NCBI GenBank assembly: GCA_001599295.1
Contig: BCGN01000006.1
Location: 124,001 to 188,000 of the forward strand
DNA from: Sporopachydermia quercuum
Lineage: Eukaryota
Length of the DNA stretch: 64,000 bases
Reading direction: 5' to 3'
Shown here: piece by piece, positions 35,453 through 47,533 of the stretch
Layout: every line of letters begins with the position of its first letter
Numbering within the stretch: position 1 is the first letter of the stretch
Notes under the pieces: generated by a model
Database searches by the model: none
Seen by the model: the letters and a program-made list of their open reading frames with translations, nothing else
What the model was told of the DNA's origin: nothing
Translations under genes and position numbers: made by a program

Positions 35453-38129
35453 CATCGCCTCCAGCCTTATCTAATTTATCTCATAATTTCATAAATCCTT
35501 GGATATGCTAAAATAAAACAAACAAATACTAAACCTCAATTTACTGACTGCTGGATTATTTCAAGCTTCCTAAGAGGTAGTCTTTGCTAATCTTGCTTCA
35601 GATCATCTTTGCACGGTGGATCTTATTACTATTTTTCATATAACTTGGAAGTATACTGTCAAACAGCTATTTAAGATATTGAAACAGCCTTTGAATTGAA
35701 GTAATTCGTTTCTATCTTTTTAAATAATGCCTAATTTCAACTTCAACTTTTATGTAAGTAGCTTGTTTAGGTTACGATTTTTAAACTCTTCTGAATTGGT
35801 ACAGCCAGAGTTTATGACTTGAAACAGTGATCTTTATGAAATCTTTATGAAAGCCTGATTTATCTATATAAAACGCTCACTAAGACTATTAAGATCAAAG
35901 AAAGTAATTCAAAATAAAGCTGAAGGCGAAATCAACTCAATGACTAATACAATTTGACAACCCTATCTTCCAAATTTCAATGATCCCTAGTGACTCATTT
36001 ATATTATGATTACACCTTGACTATTGAAGATTCAAATTGAGCCAGGTTTCAATTCATTATTTGACTACTGAAGTCTAGAAATTTGTTAGGATTGAAGATA
36101 AGGAGTTTTCACCTGACTTACTGTCATGCCGTTATCCTTTTGAGGAGGAGCAATGATCCTCTGATCTTGAGGTGGGGGGTATCTTGACCATGCTATGCTT
36201 TGAAATAAGAAAACACTCAAAGTGAGTGTGTGCCATATTCTCAGAAAAGAAAGCTTTAGTAGTCAGCAATTATATTGTCTTCTAGATTGTCTCATATTCA
36301 GGAAACATGCTGATTGAATTCAATTTTTCAAGAGAACAAATCATACCTATCGTATGAGTAGTTCCAAATCATCAAATGGTCGACCATTGATTAAGGAAAA
36401 CTCTTCTTACCAAACGTTTCCGTGAGAGCTTCAGTCAAAAAAAACTTATCGCGTTCACTGACCACAGTGGATGTCCTGTCGTAAATTATGAGTTTGAAGC
36501 TATCATAAAAACAAAATGTATGGCCAAAAAAAAATTCAGTGATCTGATCAAAGGATAGAAAACTCAAAATAGTATACATAATCAAAATCTTTTCAAGTTA
36601 ATATGATAGCTCTTAGTCAAATTCTTAGTATATGCTGAGCTTGTTTGATATGAAATCTGATATATACTTTCTTATTCTTGAAAGATATCAATGAATATTA
36701 CAAATAGAGGAAAACAATATAGTTAGTAATTAGATGACAATTTAAGTACTAATAGAAAATAAAAAAGACTGAAATGTAGTACATCACAAACGAGAACGAA
36801 TTCTTTTGATATTAGATCACTATTTACGGAAATTTGATGAGGGTAGGAAAAGTGATGACAGCACTGCTATCTCAGATCAAATTCTCAACTACAAACAACG
36901 ACTCTGAATAGTAAGGTGGATTCAAACAATATACAAGAAGCTGAGTTGTAGTACAGATGAAACATGAATCAGATACTTCCATAACAGAATAGCAGAAGGG
37001 GAGTTGATACTTTTCTCTGTGCAGCTAACTTGAAGAGATTATAGCAATCCCCAAGACGATGGCGAAAAAAGAAATTTTTGAAGTTATATGAGTCTATACT
37101 GTGAGTGGAATGACCCGCTCGGGGTCTAGATAAACAAGTGAAAAATATCATAGTTTTCTTAGATCAACAATATGAAAAGGAAATGAATTGTTATATCCTT
37201 ATTTCATAAAGTTAAGTTCTATGGAATATACATATAGCGTGCATCAAATGGTAAACACTAATTAGCTAGTAGGAACTGGGTCAGGTACCAGTTTCAAATA
37301 CACTGATCAAGTGAAAAAAGGTATACATATTATGCTTAGCTATCTAGTTTTATGCTTCTATTGATAATGTAAATTATCTAAAAGCCACCCGTTGACAGGA
37401 CTCATCATATTAAAGGTATAATGAGTATTCATTTTTTAACCATAAAGTGACAGTTTCCCGAAACTTTATGCAAAGAATGAAAACTCTAATTATCGGAATT
37501 TAGGTAGGTAAGTTTTAAAGTTTTGATTTATTAATAAGCAGTATTTTCATACCTAAACGTGACTCAACCTATTTACTTGTCTAATCATCCTGAAATTCGT
37601 ATGTATCGTGTTCTTCGCACGGAAATCTTAGCTACAATATTAGGAAAACTAAACGGAGAAATCTGTTAGAAAATGTTAGAAACTCTGACATCTTGAAAGA
37701 TCAACAAATTAAAAGTCATATTGTTGAGAATTCCGCAAAAGAAAAATACGTAAGACGCTACAAGAACGGTCAACTGAGGCCCAGATTTGGAAATTTGCTG
37801 TTTTAAACCAGAGTTTGAAGAATAAATACTAAATAAGAAGGTAAATTCTGCGCTAAACTAAATGTTCACACTTTAATTGTCTTAAGCCTTCTAAAATATC
37901 TTGGCAAACCGTTAAGCTAATAGTGAAATCCTCAGAATGTATTTCCTGCAACCCACCGTTTATTCATGAATTACAAGTGGTTCAACAATTTCTCTAAGGA
38001 GAAGAAAGTATTTAAGTAACTGAAACATCTGATTTGTAAGGGGTTGATTTGTCTTTTTCGGAGTTAAGGCTTTTTTGTTATGTTCTGATGAATCTTAACT
38101 TAAATAGATCCAGTAAATAACAAGCAACA

Positions 38130-38524
38130 ATGCGACATAGTGAGAGTAAGTTTATATCGACAACTAGCAAATTTAGTGAGAAGCTCATTCAAGTAAGGGC
38201 TAAAATTGAAATGATAGATATGTTTAGATCTTTTGTATTTATATTAATATAGTTAACTGCATAATTTGACTATTACCTCAACAAGGTAATTCAACTGAGC
38301 TAAAGTAGAAATAGAAGAGGAACTACTCAAACATCCTCGGCTGATAGTGTCCCAAATCTGGTGGATTGACAATCCATTCGTCAGACAGGGCAAGAAATAT
38401 CTGTTAAAAACCGGTAGGTACAAGACTACGTACTAATTCAACTATTCTCGCAGCCGTAGCTACTGNCACTTGCCACTGCTACTGCTATTGTTCTTTGAGT
38501 TCTAAACCATACAATCAAATCTAA
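38130..38524 (+). CDS. Putative spliced 28-aa Cys-rich micro-ORF/uORF (exons 38130-38145, 38454-38524)
   Basis: ATG in ACAATG context, GTAAGT donor at 38146, TACTAAT at 38431-38437 and CAG at 38451-38453. The spliced product is MRHSETVATXTCHCYCYCSLSSKPYNQI*. Confidence 0.5.
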
Positions 38525-38769
38525 AATGACCGTCTCCCTTTCATTTTTGAATTGAAGCGGAGTTAAGTACATATGATTCTTCTTGATCTCATCGTCTTCT
38601 TGGTCTTGTCCTGATCTGTTATCCTTCTCTTCCGGATATGTATGACTGTTCATTTTTATATACCAATCTTCAAATAAGGTTATGAAATTCTCCACTCAAT
38701 CCTCCCATGAGTGTTAACTCTATTTGATGACCGGTTATAAAAAATTTCCAGTGTTTTCTTATATATACG

Positions 38770-38790
38770 ATATATATATATATATATATA
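38770..38790. repeat. (AT)n microsatellite
   Basis: About 10 perfect AT units. Confidence 0.9.
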
Positions 38791-39059
38791 AGTGGTTCTC
38801 CTTTTCTATGGATTCTGCTATCAATTGTACTCTCATCATATACATTAGTTTTCATAGTAACTAGAAAATTGTTATTTAATCTATGTAACAACTTGGACTA
38901 AATTTATTCACCTACCAACTGTGTTTTTCTATTCATAGACAGTTGTGCTTCTTGCCAAAAAAAAAAAAGTAAACTACTCACACACTATTACTTTTACGAT
39001 TTGTTCTTAGATCGTTCAATTTTGTACAGCCATCAAATGCTACATAGAAATCATTCATA

Positions 39060-40733
39060 ATGTCCAAACCAGAGGAGCCCAGTCGCTCAAGTTCTTCAGT
39101 TCATTCTTCTGACGAGTCCACCTTTGAAGAACCAAGGGATTTGGTAACACCTAATGATATCGATTTAGAATCTGGCGATATACTTCACAGAGCAAACTCC
39201 AATCTGGAATCATTAGCTGATCAAGACAGAGTAACAAGAATTATATCTGGTATAGAGGATGAAAAACCAGAGGAAGAAGATTTACCTCTAATGGGTGGTG
39301 GAAAAGATTATCCTCCAATGCCACCGGACAAAGATCTCTACTATGTAGACTTCCTTGGACCTGATGATCCAATCCACCCTCATAATTGGCCCTTAAAGAA
39401 GAAGATGGCTGCTTTCGCTGCCTTAGGATTTGACACTTTCTCCATTGTCTTTGGTTCAGCAATCTATTCTTCTTCTATCGGCACCGTAGCCGAAAAGTTT
39501 GGGGTTGCAACTGTTGTTGCTACACTGGGTCTTTCACTATATGTCTTGGGATTTGCTTCAGGACCCATTGTATGGGCACCATTATCAGAATTGTACGGCA
39601 GAAAGATTGTCTTATTGATCTCTGCTTTTGGTTTTACTGCTTTTGGTTTTGGTGCTGCTACTGCTAAAGACATTCAAACACTTATGCTTTGTAGATTTTT
39701 CTGTGGTGCCGTGGGAGCTGCACCAATGGCTGTCGTTGCCGCAGCTTTTGCTGATATGTTTGGAAATTTAACAAGAGGTAGAGCATTGATTATTTTCTCT
39801 GCTTTGGTTTTCGTTGGTCCCGCAATGTCGCCCGTTGTTGGTGGTTTTGTTGATGCCAGTTATCTTGGTTGGAGATGGACTTTATATATTCCTGCAATCT
39901 GTGGTAGTGCCTCCTTTATTTTGTGTTTCTTATTCTACAGCGAATCTCATCATCCTTTGATCTTAGCAAGAAAAGCTGAGATCATTCGTCGTAGAACTGG
40001 CAATTGGGGTGTTCGTTCCAAATATGATGATTTCTCATTATCATTTCAAGAAATTGTTGAAAAGAACATTACTAGACCTCTTAATATGCTTGCTAAAGAA
40101 CCTATCTTATTATTGGTCAGCATCTATAATGGCTTCATTTATGCATTATTATACCTTTTATTTGGTGCTTATCCACTTATCTTCCAAGGAAAGTATCATT
40201 TCAAAGAAGGTGTTGCTGATTTACCTTTTATTGCATTGTCGATTGGAATGTTATTTGGATCCTCGTTCTGTTTTTGGTATGAAAGGATTTACGTTAGCCG
40301 ATTTATAGCAAGAGGCTGTAAAATTGTTCCAGAAGATCGTTTACCACCAATGATTTTGGGATCGATTTTATTTCCCATTGGTATTTTATGGTTGTGCTGG
40401 ACAGGTAATTATGCTCATAAGATTCATTGGATAGTCCCAGTTATTGCTGGTGGTTTCATAGGTGCTGGCTTGATTACAATCTTTTTACCATCTTTGAATT
40501 ATATTGTTGATACTTATTTACTATTTGCGGCATCGGCAATTGCAGCAAATACATTCTTAAGATCAGGAATGGCTGCCGTATTTCCTTTATTCACAGTTTA
40601 TATGTTTGATGGAATGGGAATTAATTTTGCTGGTCTATTGATTGGTTTAGTTGCTATTGCTTTGATTCCTATGCCCATCTTATTCTATTTCTATGGTCAT
40701 AAAATAAGAAAGATTTCAAAGTATGCTTTCTAG
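39060..40733 (+). CDS. TPO1: DHA1-family MFS polyamine/drug:H+ antiporter, Tpo1-like
   Basis: PLMGGGKDYPP, DDPIHPHNWPLKKK, WAPLSELYGRK, CRFF.G..GAAPMAVV.AAFADMF and PEDRLPPM. Confidence 0.85.
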   Translation: MSKPEEPSRSSSSVHSSDESTFEEPRDLVTPNDIDLESGDILHRANSNLESLADQDRVTRIISGIEDEKPEEEDLPLMGGGKDYPPMPPDKDLYYVDFLGPDDPIHPHNWPLKKKMAAFAALGFDTFSIVFGSAIYSSSIGTVAEKFGVATVVATLGLSLYVLGFASGPIVWAPLSELYGRKIVLLISAFGFTAFGFGAATAKDIQTLMLCRFFCGAVGAAPMAVVAAAFADMFGNLTRGRALIIFSALVFVGPAMSPVVGGFVDASYLGWRWTLYIPAICGSASFILCFLFYSESHHPLILARKAEIIRRRTGNWGVRSKYDDFSLSFQEIVEKNITRPLNMLAKEPILLLVSIYNGFIYALLYLLFGAYPLIFQGKYHFKEGVADLPFIALSIGMLFGSSFCFWYERIYVSRFIARGCKIVPEDRLPPMILGSILFPIGILWLCWTGNYAHKIHWIVPVIAGGFIGAGLITIFLPSLNYIVDTYLLFAASAIAANTFLRSGMAAVFPLFTVYMFDGMGINFAGLLIGLVAIALIPMPILFYFYGHKIRKISKYAF

Positions 40734-42015
40734 TCAGATTACAGAAATTAGGAATGGTAATTCAAGGGGTGGAAGAAAGGTTTTAGAATCAGTAATTAGT
40801 TGACCTGTGGTGAAAAAGACCCACTTCTTGGGACATCTACGCTTCCAGCTGGAAATGCAAAATGATATTTTGTCAACCTAAGCATTTCCTGATGAAGAAA
40901 AGGAATGTCTATGGTCTATGCTTTCTTTCCAACTGATTAAACAGCCATAATAAAGATTGATAGAGTAAAGCGAGACCAATGAAGGAATGAACGCATTTTT
41001 CATTGAGTTTTAATGGTACATATTGTTTTGGGGATTTTGAATGTTTACGGTTATTTGAACATAATTTAATAATAATAAAAATAATGATAGTAATATAGAA
41101 TTATAGACAATTTAATAATAATTATAACTAATAATAAATATCATGAAGGAATGGTAGCAACCCATATGGAAATGAAAACAAACTAGTTGTGTGATTATGT
41201 AATCATACTGGTTGAAAAACATTTTTNGAGATAATGACCTTCTTAAAGTTTCCATTCCTTAAAACATGGTTTATAACTGCGCTACATAAACCTTAACTTT
41301 GCTAGTACAGAAACAATATTNAGTTACTTGTTGATACTAAACATGAAATGAGTGCCTTATTTTAATAAGCGTGAATTGATGATACTCTGATGAATGAGCT
41401 GGTTAATAGTATTTTGAAATTGGAATTAATCCAATTGTTTNTGATAACAATCATTCGCTACTCTAATTCAGCTATAATTTTCTCCAGGACAGCAGAATGT
41501 GACCTTCAAAGTTAATCTTTCGAACTAACTGCGACTCCAATGGTTTGGTAAGGGCACAAGCATGTAAACTACTGATGATAATATCTTGTAAGATCGCTGT
41601 TTCAGCCCTATTTCATGTCTACTTTTTAGGTAATACTTTGCTTTACTACCTAACAGGTACCATTTGAACATTTTAGGTCCTGACACTCTATTGTTAGAGN
41701 AGAGCCAACCACCTTTCTAACTCTATTTCCTTTCTTGGTAATAACATAATATTTTCACTTGGCTCTCTCTTCACTTGATTTCTTTCTAATTAAATGAATT
41801 GCTCCACAGTAGAAGGCCATAAAGAATTAAAAGAATTTAAAAAGAATTTTGGTACCTGTAAGTTCCATCAGCAGTGTTGGATGAATACAAGCTGAGATAT
41901 TTTTAGGGATTTAATGATTTATTCTCTTCCATAAAGAAAGCGCTGTTTACGTTGCACTACTGCTAGAAGTGTGGTTTTTTTCTTGCTCTATACTACACAC
42001 TTCAACCACCTTGTG

Positions 42016-43875
42016 ATGAGCTCTCCTGGAAGAAAAGAAAGTCAAGAGGAAAGTGGGAACAGCTTTTTTGTAGCTGCCGAGAATTCAGGCCAATCGAAGT
42101 CTTTAAATTCTGCCCCTGCTCTGGCTACACCCAGGATTGCTACACAAGACTCTTTTGAAGCACTAAATGCACCTGCTTTACAGTCATCAAACCATTACTC
42201 AAGTACGCTTTCAACTCCCTCTTCAAACAGCAAAAGCTTTCATAGATTTTCTACATTATCACAGTATTCAGCAGTAGTGGAACAAGCGACAGAAGTGACA
42301 TTATCGAAACCTGGCGAAGGAAAAGGAGGATTTATTGTTTTAGATTCTAATGATGTGAATAAACATGACGTTCTCACGAATACCCTTACCAATCCTGATT
42401 CTATTATATCCGATGTTATTCCGCCTTCCAATGCATCAGTTGCTTCAGGGGAAGTACAACAATTTAAACCCGAGATTGTTCATCATCCGAAAGAGTTTAA
42501 GAGTCTAGAAGCCGTTCTAACAAATCAAACATTTGGTAGTCATGAAGCTGGCACTACTAATAATGTAATGCCTAACATACATAATAGTAAACGTGATAGC
42601 TCAACTACTACATCTTCTCATTCATATAATCTTGATAGCTCGTCTATACACAATTTCCGTACGGGTGGTCATTTATCGCGTGATGATACATTGAAAGCAG
42701 TTGCTCCTCTGAATGTTGCACCAAATCGAAAATCAGCAGATATCAATTTACATTCTAATGACAGTTTGAATGATTTTATTGCTCAGTTGAATGAGGGAAA
42801 ACGAAATTCAGTAAATAGTGGGAATGGCATTGGAATTAGCGATTCCTATGGCAAGAATGGTGATGCAAGCTCCAATAGTAAAAACAGTGGGAATCAAAAA
42901 AGAGACTACGGTGAAAGTAGAGATATTAATAGAGGTGGCATGAATAGAATGAACGAGTTGAGGTTTTCTAATGAGTATGCTGATTTTGGACNTCCTGGGT
43001 TATTTGGAGTCAACAATAACAATGGTTCAGGAAACATTCGCCAAAGTGTTATTTCTTCTAATTTGTCATATTACACTGCGTCTTCTCCCGACAGTGGCGG
43101 TGAAGAGTTTAAGAAAACCAGCAAAAACACCCCTGCGTCAGCGGTTGAGCAGGGAGTTACGGCAGAAACTATTACAGGAATATCAAATGTTAGCGCAGAA
43201 AATTTCAACCCCGTACCAGACTTCAGTACNGGAATTACCAATTCTAGTACAAGATTTGTAACAGGCCTTCCGGCAGGAATTAATCTTGCTGCTGTAGGAA
43301 GTATTGATACACCAACAACTCCTATATCGCCAACAAAAGAATTAAACCATCCATCAATTAAAATTCCTGAAACCCCTCAAAGTATTGCCAGCTCTCATTA
43401 TACAAATTCATCTCCAGCAGAGTGGACTTCTCCTCAAAGGAGTAAAAATAAGATTAGGGATGAAGCTAACAAAAATAATATGAGCAGTGAAGACTATGCT
43501 ACTGCTAATGCACCTTCGAATTCATCATTTACATATCCACAACTATCAAAACTGCTTAATCTAACAGCAGACTCGTCTGGAATCCCAAAACCTGTTATCA
43601 AATCATTGAGAGGCGAAATGTCTGACGATGGAGACAATATTAATAGTACATCTGGTAACAAAATCACCAGCAGCGCGAATNGTGAACTTTTTCAAAGCAT
43701 TTTAGCCGATGACTTCAAGGACATGAATTTATCATTCAAAGACAAGCAATTAATTGATAAAATTGTTTCCTCACTTGGCAGAGTAACAATGGAAATGAAT
43801 TTGGACGAAGGAAAAAGAATTGAAGGTGAGCGAAGATTGGCTAATGCTTTAAGAGCTTTGGAAGGTTGGATATAG
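42016..43875 (+). CDS. NBA1: Nba1/Nis1-like bud-neck protein (mostly disordered, conserved C-terminal helices)
   Basis: The first ATG is at 42016. The body is S/N-rich. The C-terminus KQLIDKIVSSLGRVTMEMNLDEGKRIEGERRLANALRALEGWI resembles the Nba1/Nis1 tail. It lies next to a SIR2/HST1 gene, as NBA1 (YOL070C) lies near HST1 (YOL068C). Confidence 0.55.
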   Translation: MSSPGRKESQEESGNSFFVAAENSGQSKSLNSAPALATPRIATQDSFEALNAPALQSSNHYSSTLSTPSSNSKSFHRFSTLSQYSAVVEQATEVTLSKPGEGKGGFIVLDSNDVNKHDVLTNTLTNPDSIISDVIPPSNASVASGEVQQFKPEIVHHPKEFKSLEAVLTNQTFGSHEAGTTNNVMPNIHNSKRDSSTTTSSHSYNLDSSSIHNFRTGGHLSRDDTLKAVAPLNVAPNRKSADINLHSNDSLNDFIAQLNEGKRNSVNSGNGIGISDSYGKNGDASSNSKNSGNQKRDYGESRDINRGGMNRMNELRFSNEYADFGXPGLFGVNNNNGSGNIRQSVISSNLSYYTASSPDSGGEEFKKTSKNTPASAVEQGVTAETITGISNVSAENFNPVPDFSXGITNSSTRFVTGLPAGINLAAVGSIDTPTTPISPTKELNHPSIKIPETPQSIASSHYTNSSPAEWTSPQRSKNKIRDEANKNNMSSEDYATANAPSNSSFTYPQLSKLLNLTADSSGIPKPVIKSLRGEMSDDGDNINSTSGNKITSSANXELFQSILADDFKDMNLSFKDKQLIDKIVSSLGRVTMEMNLDEGKRIEGERRLANALRALEGWI

Positions 43876-44360
43876 TATGCAGTTGTATTTTAGCATCGGT
43901 TTAAATACAAGGACAGGAATAAGAAAAAGAATAAAAGAAAGATTAAGTGTAAGAGTGAGAGCGTAGAATGTGAATGTGAATGTGTNTGTAGTCAATCAAA
44001 CGTAATAGAGGAAGAGCATATGAGTTAGAGAATCTGCATAGTAGGAATGATGTACATATATATGAGGGAATTATGTTTGTCGAACGAGATATTTTTAAAA
44101 ATGATCAAGCGTGCCTATGACAGTGGAATATTGTGATTATAGCTACTCAGGCACATCTGTTTAAAAAAGATTCTTATCACATGTATACTGTCAGAAAACT
44201 TGGTTCTAATAATCATCATAATGTATCTGTTTATATTCATTGTCTTTCTATTTCATTGATTGTTTCTTACTACCAAAATGCATGGTATGACTGGGTGAAA
44301 ATTTTATGGGTTTATTCGTACAACTACTTCATCTCCAATGGCTAAACTCGTATATTTTCA

Positions 44361-46547
44361 TCAACTGCGAAACAAACTTGTACTGCTCTCGTTTCTGTTT
44401 CCGTTTCTGTTTCCGTTTCCGCTCCTGGTATCGTTTCCATAGCCATTGCTCTTTCCGCCATTAATCCCGTTTTGAAACTGAAGATCATTAAGAGCATTTG
44501 ATGCTGAATGCTTTCCGTAAACTATCTTTGTTCCAAGCTCTCTTTCATTAGTTTCTTCGTTTTCATCAACACTAGCTATACTACTATTACTGCTGATACT
44601 GGTGTTACCATCCTCTTCTTCCCCTCTATTCCCCTCCTCCGCTTTTTCTCCCGTTTTTGACCTCTTTTCTTCATTTCCCTTTCCTTTTCTCGTTTCCGTT
44701 GCCCTGCTACCATTAGTATCCCCTCTAGTATCCTCTCCTAATAAAGGCTTATACTCAAGCACTTTATACACTCCTTCGCCTAAATCCTCAATGTGAGGTA
44801 TTTCAGGCTTTAGCATCTTATGTTTTAAATCCCATCCTAGATTGATACACAACCATTGAACAACATCATCGCAATTTCCAAGTATAGTGACATCAAACTC
44901 TGTATGTTTAGCTATATCTCTATTTATATATATTTGTGGAATTTCTTTAGGTACTAAATGAGTGATATCAGACACTGGGGTTACTTTCAAGGAAGTACCA
45001 ATACAGAGAAGCAAATCACATTCGTTCCTGTCAATTTTGATATTCTGGTGGTACTCTTCGCATAAATCTTCTCCAAAAAATGTAATGTCTGGTTTCATTA
45101 CTCCATAGAAATAATCCGAGTCGGAATCGGAATCTGAGTCTGAGTCAAATGTATTCCCTTTGTTCTTCTTTCTGATATTTGCTGCTCTAGTGTCTTCTTT
45201 TCGTTTTCTACAAACAGGACATTTCGCCACTCTTCCAGCCTTGATATCATCAAACAAATCGTTTCCTGGACATTTATATCTACATGTTTGGCAGGTGGCC
45301 GAAGCAAATGATCCATGACAGTGGACAAGCTTCTCTGTGCTTATTCCAGCGTTGGATTCGATGTTATCAATATTCTGAGTATAATTGCGCAGCAGCTTCC
45401 CTTTATCTTCAAGTAATTTGATAAAGGAATGTGTAGGCGTGTATATATCACGCTCTGGAAGGATATCTTTNGCCACTTGGTAGAAAATTGTTGGGTCATC
45501 CCTGAATTGGTGGATATCAAAAATCTCCTGAGGATCTGATAGTTTAAGGTATTGATATTTATTGTAGAGACCCTTCTTAGAACGGAAATCAGGTATTCCT
45601 AAACTAGTGGAAATACCAGCTCCAGTGAGAACCATTATTTTTTTGGCCTCGCGAATCTTATTTAACATAGTAAGCATATTAGAGTACTCCACAACACGTT
45701 CTCGATATGAAAGACAATGACGAATAGCATAGCGAAGTGCACGTAAAAGTCTATGTTCTCCATCATCAGAATCGTCTAGAAGGAGAATAGACGATGGAAG
45801 AAACCCAAGGCCTACCAGAAGTTGTGGAATGCTGTATTTACATTCCTTACCCAAATATCGGTTAATAAAAGCTTCAATACCTTCACTACGAAGACAAGTC
45901 TTCATATCAATGCTCTCTCTCTTTGAAACTGTACTAGAAATAGAGAATGGGTCGATTTTTGTGTCCGCTTTGATTATAGGGGCATCCAAGTCCGATTCAG
46001 TACTGCCATAAGGATTGGTACTATTGTTAGATGAGAATCCTATGAGATGTAAATTCCCTGCGTCGTTATCGTCGTTATCGTCGTTATCGTCATTATCATT
46101 GCTGTCATCGTCATCATTGTCATCATCGTGATTACTCTCTTCTTCCTCTTGATCGTCATCCTGCTGGTAGATCCCATCTTCTCTGCAGCTTTCAAGGTAG
46201 CTCTCGTCGTCGTTATCGATATCATTGTCGTTATCATTATCATTTTCTTCCTCACTGGAAATCGCTGGACGAAAGTTTTTACTACCATGAACAGGAGTCT
46301 CCTCTTTCACATAAATTCCTTTATCTATGTTTTCTACAAGGTTATTCTCTAGTAAAAAATCATTAGAAATCATTCCATTTGCGACACTATTCAGCTTTGC
46401 AATTGATGGACTGGAAGCAGCTGATGGGAAAGTAGTGATGCTTGGAGAAACGACCATCTCCTGTTTCGCAATTTTGGCTGTTTTCTCATTGCCAGAAACA
46501 TCAGGACTGCCTTCAAATGGCCTCTTACTATTCAGTTGGAACTCCAT
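44361..46547 (-). CDS. SIR2: NAD+-dependent deacetylase, Sir2/Hst1 class
   Basis: GAGISTSLGIPDFRS, RNYTQNIDNIE, HCHGSFA, Zn-binding CxxC pairs, MKPDITFFGE and IGTSLKV. The acidic N-terminus contains D/N repeats. Confidence 0.95.
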   Translation of the reverse strand: MEFQLNSKRPFEGSPDVSGNEKTAKIAKQEMVVSPSITTFPSAASSPSIAKLNSVANGMISNDFLLENNLVENIDKGIYVKEETPVHGSKNFRPAISSEEENDNDNDNDIDNDDESYLESCREDGIYQQDDDQEEEESNHDDDNDDDDSNDNDDNDDNDDNDAGNLHLIGFSSNNSTNPYGSTESDLDAPIIKADTKIDPFSISSTVSKRESIDMKTCLRSEGIEAFINRYLGKECKYSIPQLLVGLGFLPSSILLLDDSDDGEHRLLRALRYAIRHCLSYRERVVEYSNMLTMLNKIREAKKIMVLTGAGISTSLGIPDFRSKKGLYNKYQYLKLSDPQEIFDIHQFRDDPTIFYQVXKDILPERDIYTPTHSFIKLLEDKGKLLRNYTQNIDNIESNAGISTEKLVHCHGSFASATCQTCRYKCPGNDLFDDIKAGRVAKCPVCRKRKEDTRAANIRKKNKGNTFDSDSDSDSDSDYFYGVMKPDITFFGEDLCEEYHQNIKIDRNECDLLLCIGTSLKVTPVSDITHLVPKEIPQIYINRDIAKHTEFDVTILGNCDDVVQWLCINLGWDLKHKMLKPEIPHIEDLGEGVYKVLEYKPLLGEDTRGDTNGSRATETRKGKGNEEKRSKTGEKAEEGNRGEEEDGNTSISSNSSIASVDENEETNERELGTKIVYGKHSASNALNDLQFQNGINGGKSNGYGNDTRSGNGNRNGNRNESSTSLFRS

Positions 46548-47533
46548 TTTGGTGATAGGAATATATTAGAAAGAGTCGAAATAAAAGAGTTGTTTATTTG
46601 TCAATGCGTTGTTGATAAGGAAAAACAGGAAGCCTATTCATAAAACTAAGTGATTAGGAAAGTCGCTCAGTGGAGTTCGTTACTGGTCACCTATCTGCGA
46701 AACATTTGTTATTGCGTTCTGTAAACTTGAAAAGCTCAGCACAATCAAAATAAATTGATTTCAAAACAAGAACGCTAATCACTGTACAATAAATATTGAT
46801 GGAGGGTGATAAGCGGAAAGAGAAAGGATGACAACTAATTGGCTCGTTAAAATGGCTGCCAGCTTGATTCATTCGACAGTGTTCTACGGGGTGTGCAACA
46901 GTATGATGATGAGATGTTGTAGAGCAATAGCAATACCTTTCATTATCAGCTAGCAATGGCAATCAATTACCTCTTTTGATAAGAANGTGAAGTTCATCGC
47001 ATCTTCAGGCTAGCCTGCGAAAAACCGGAAATGATAATCTTGTTAGGTTGGCAAAATCAAACACCCAATCACCGAGATTGATTTTACTTCGTATAAAAAA
47101 TTACGCACTAATTAGGTAACTGGTACAAAAGGTTTGAATTTTATCATCACCATTTTTCAGTCAATGCTACTATGGTTTATATGTTCAAGGTTCAAGGTTG
47201 AATATAATTTGAACCACAGTAAAAGAGTTTGTTATTCACAGTGAAGTGTTTATTAACAGACCAGTTATCTGATTACTTGGATNGACGGTTTTAGTCTCTT
47301 GAATACTTGAAACAGATTTTCTTTTGATGTTCAAGCAAGCATTTTAATTATTAGCAGTAATTCAGCACGCCAACTAAATATATATACCTATTTACAGGCT
47401 ATTGTCCACCTGTCAATTTTCTTCCTATTACCAACACAGATTTATTGAGGTATATTGTCAATCCTACATTGTGCCAAAGTTGATTATCCAATTAACATTA
47501 CTTTCTAAAAGCGACTCATTAAGACATCACACA

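Noticed and set aside
38438..38891. Minus-strand ORFs of 85 and 73 aa upstream of TPO1
   Set aside because: Non-ATG starts, no recognisable family, and one reads through the AT microsatellite.
40830..40940. Hammerhead ribozyme or C/D snoRNA in the TPO1 3' region (CTGATGA, GGAAATGC/GCATTTCC stem, TTCCAGCTGGAA palindrome)
   Set aside because: Stems I and III and the GAAA/UH geometry cannot be built, and the C-to-D box spacing is only about 50 nt.
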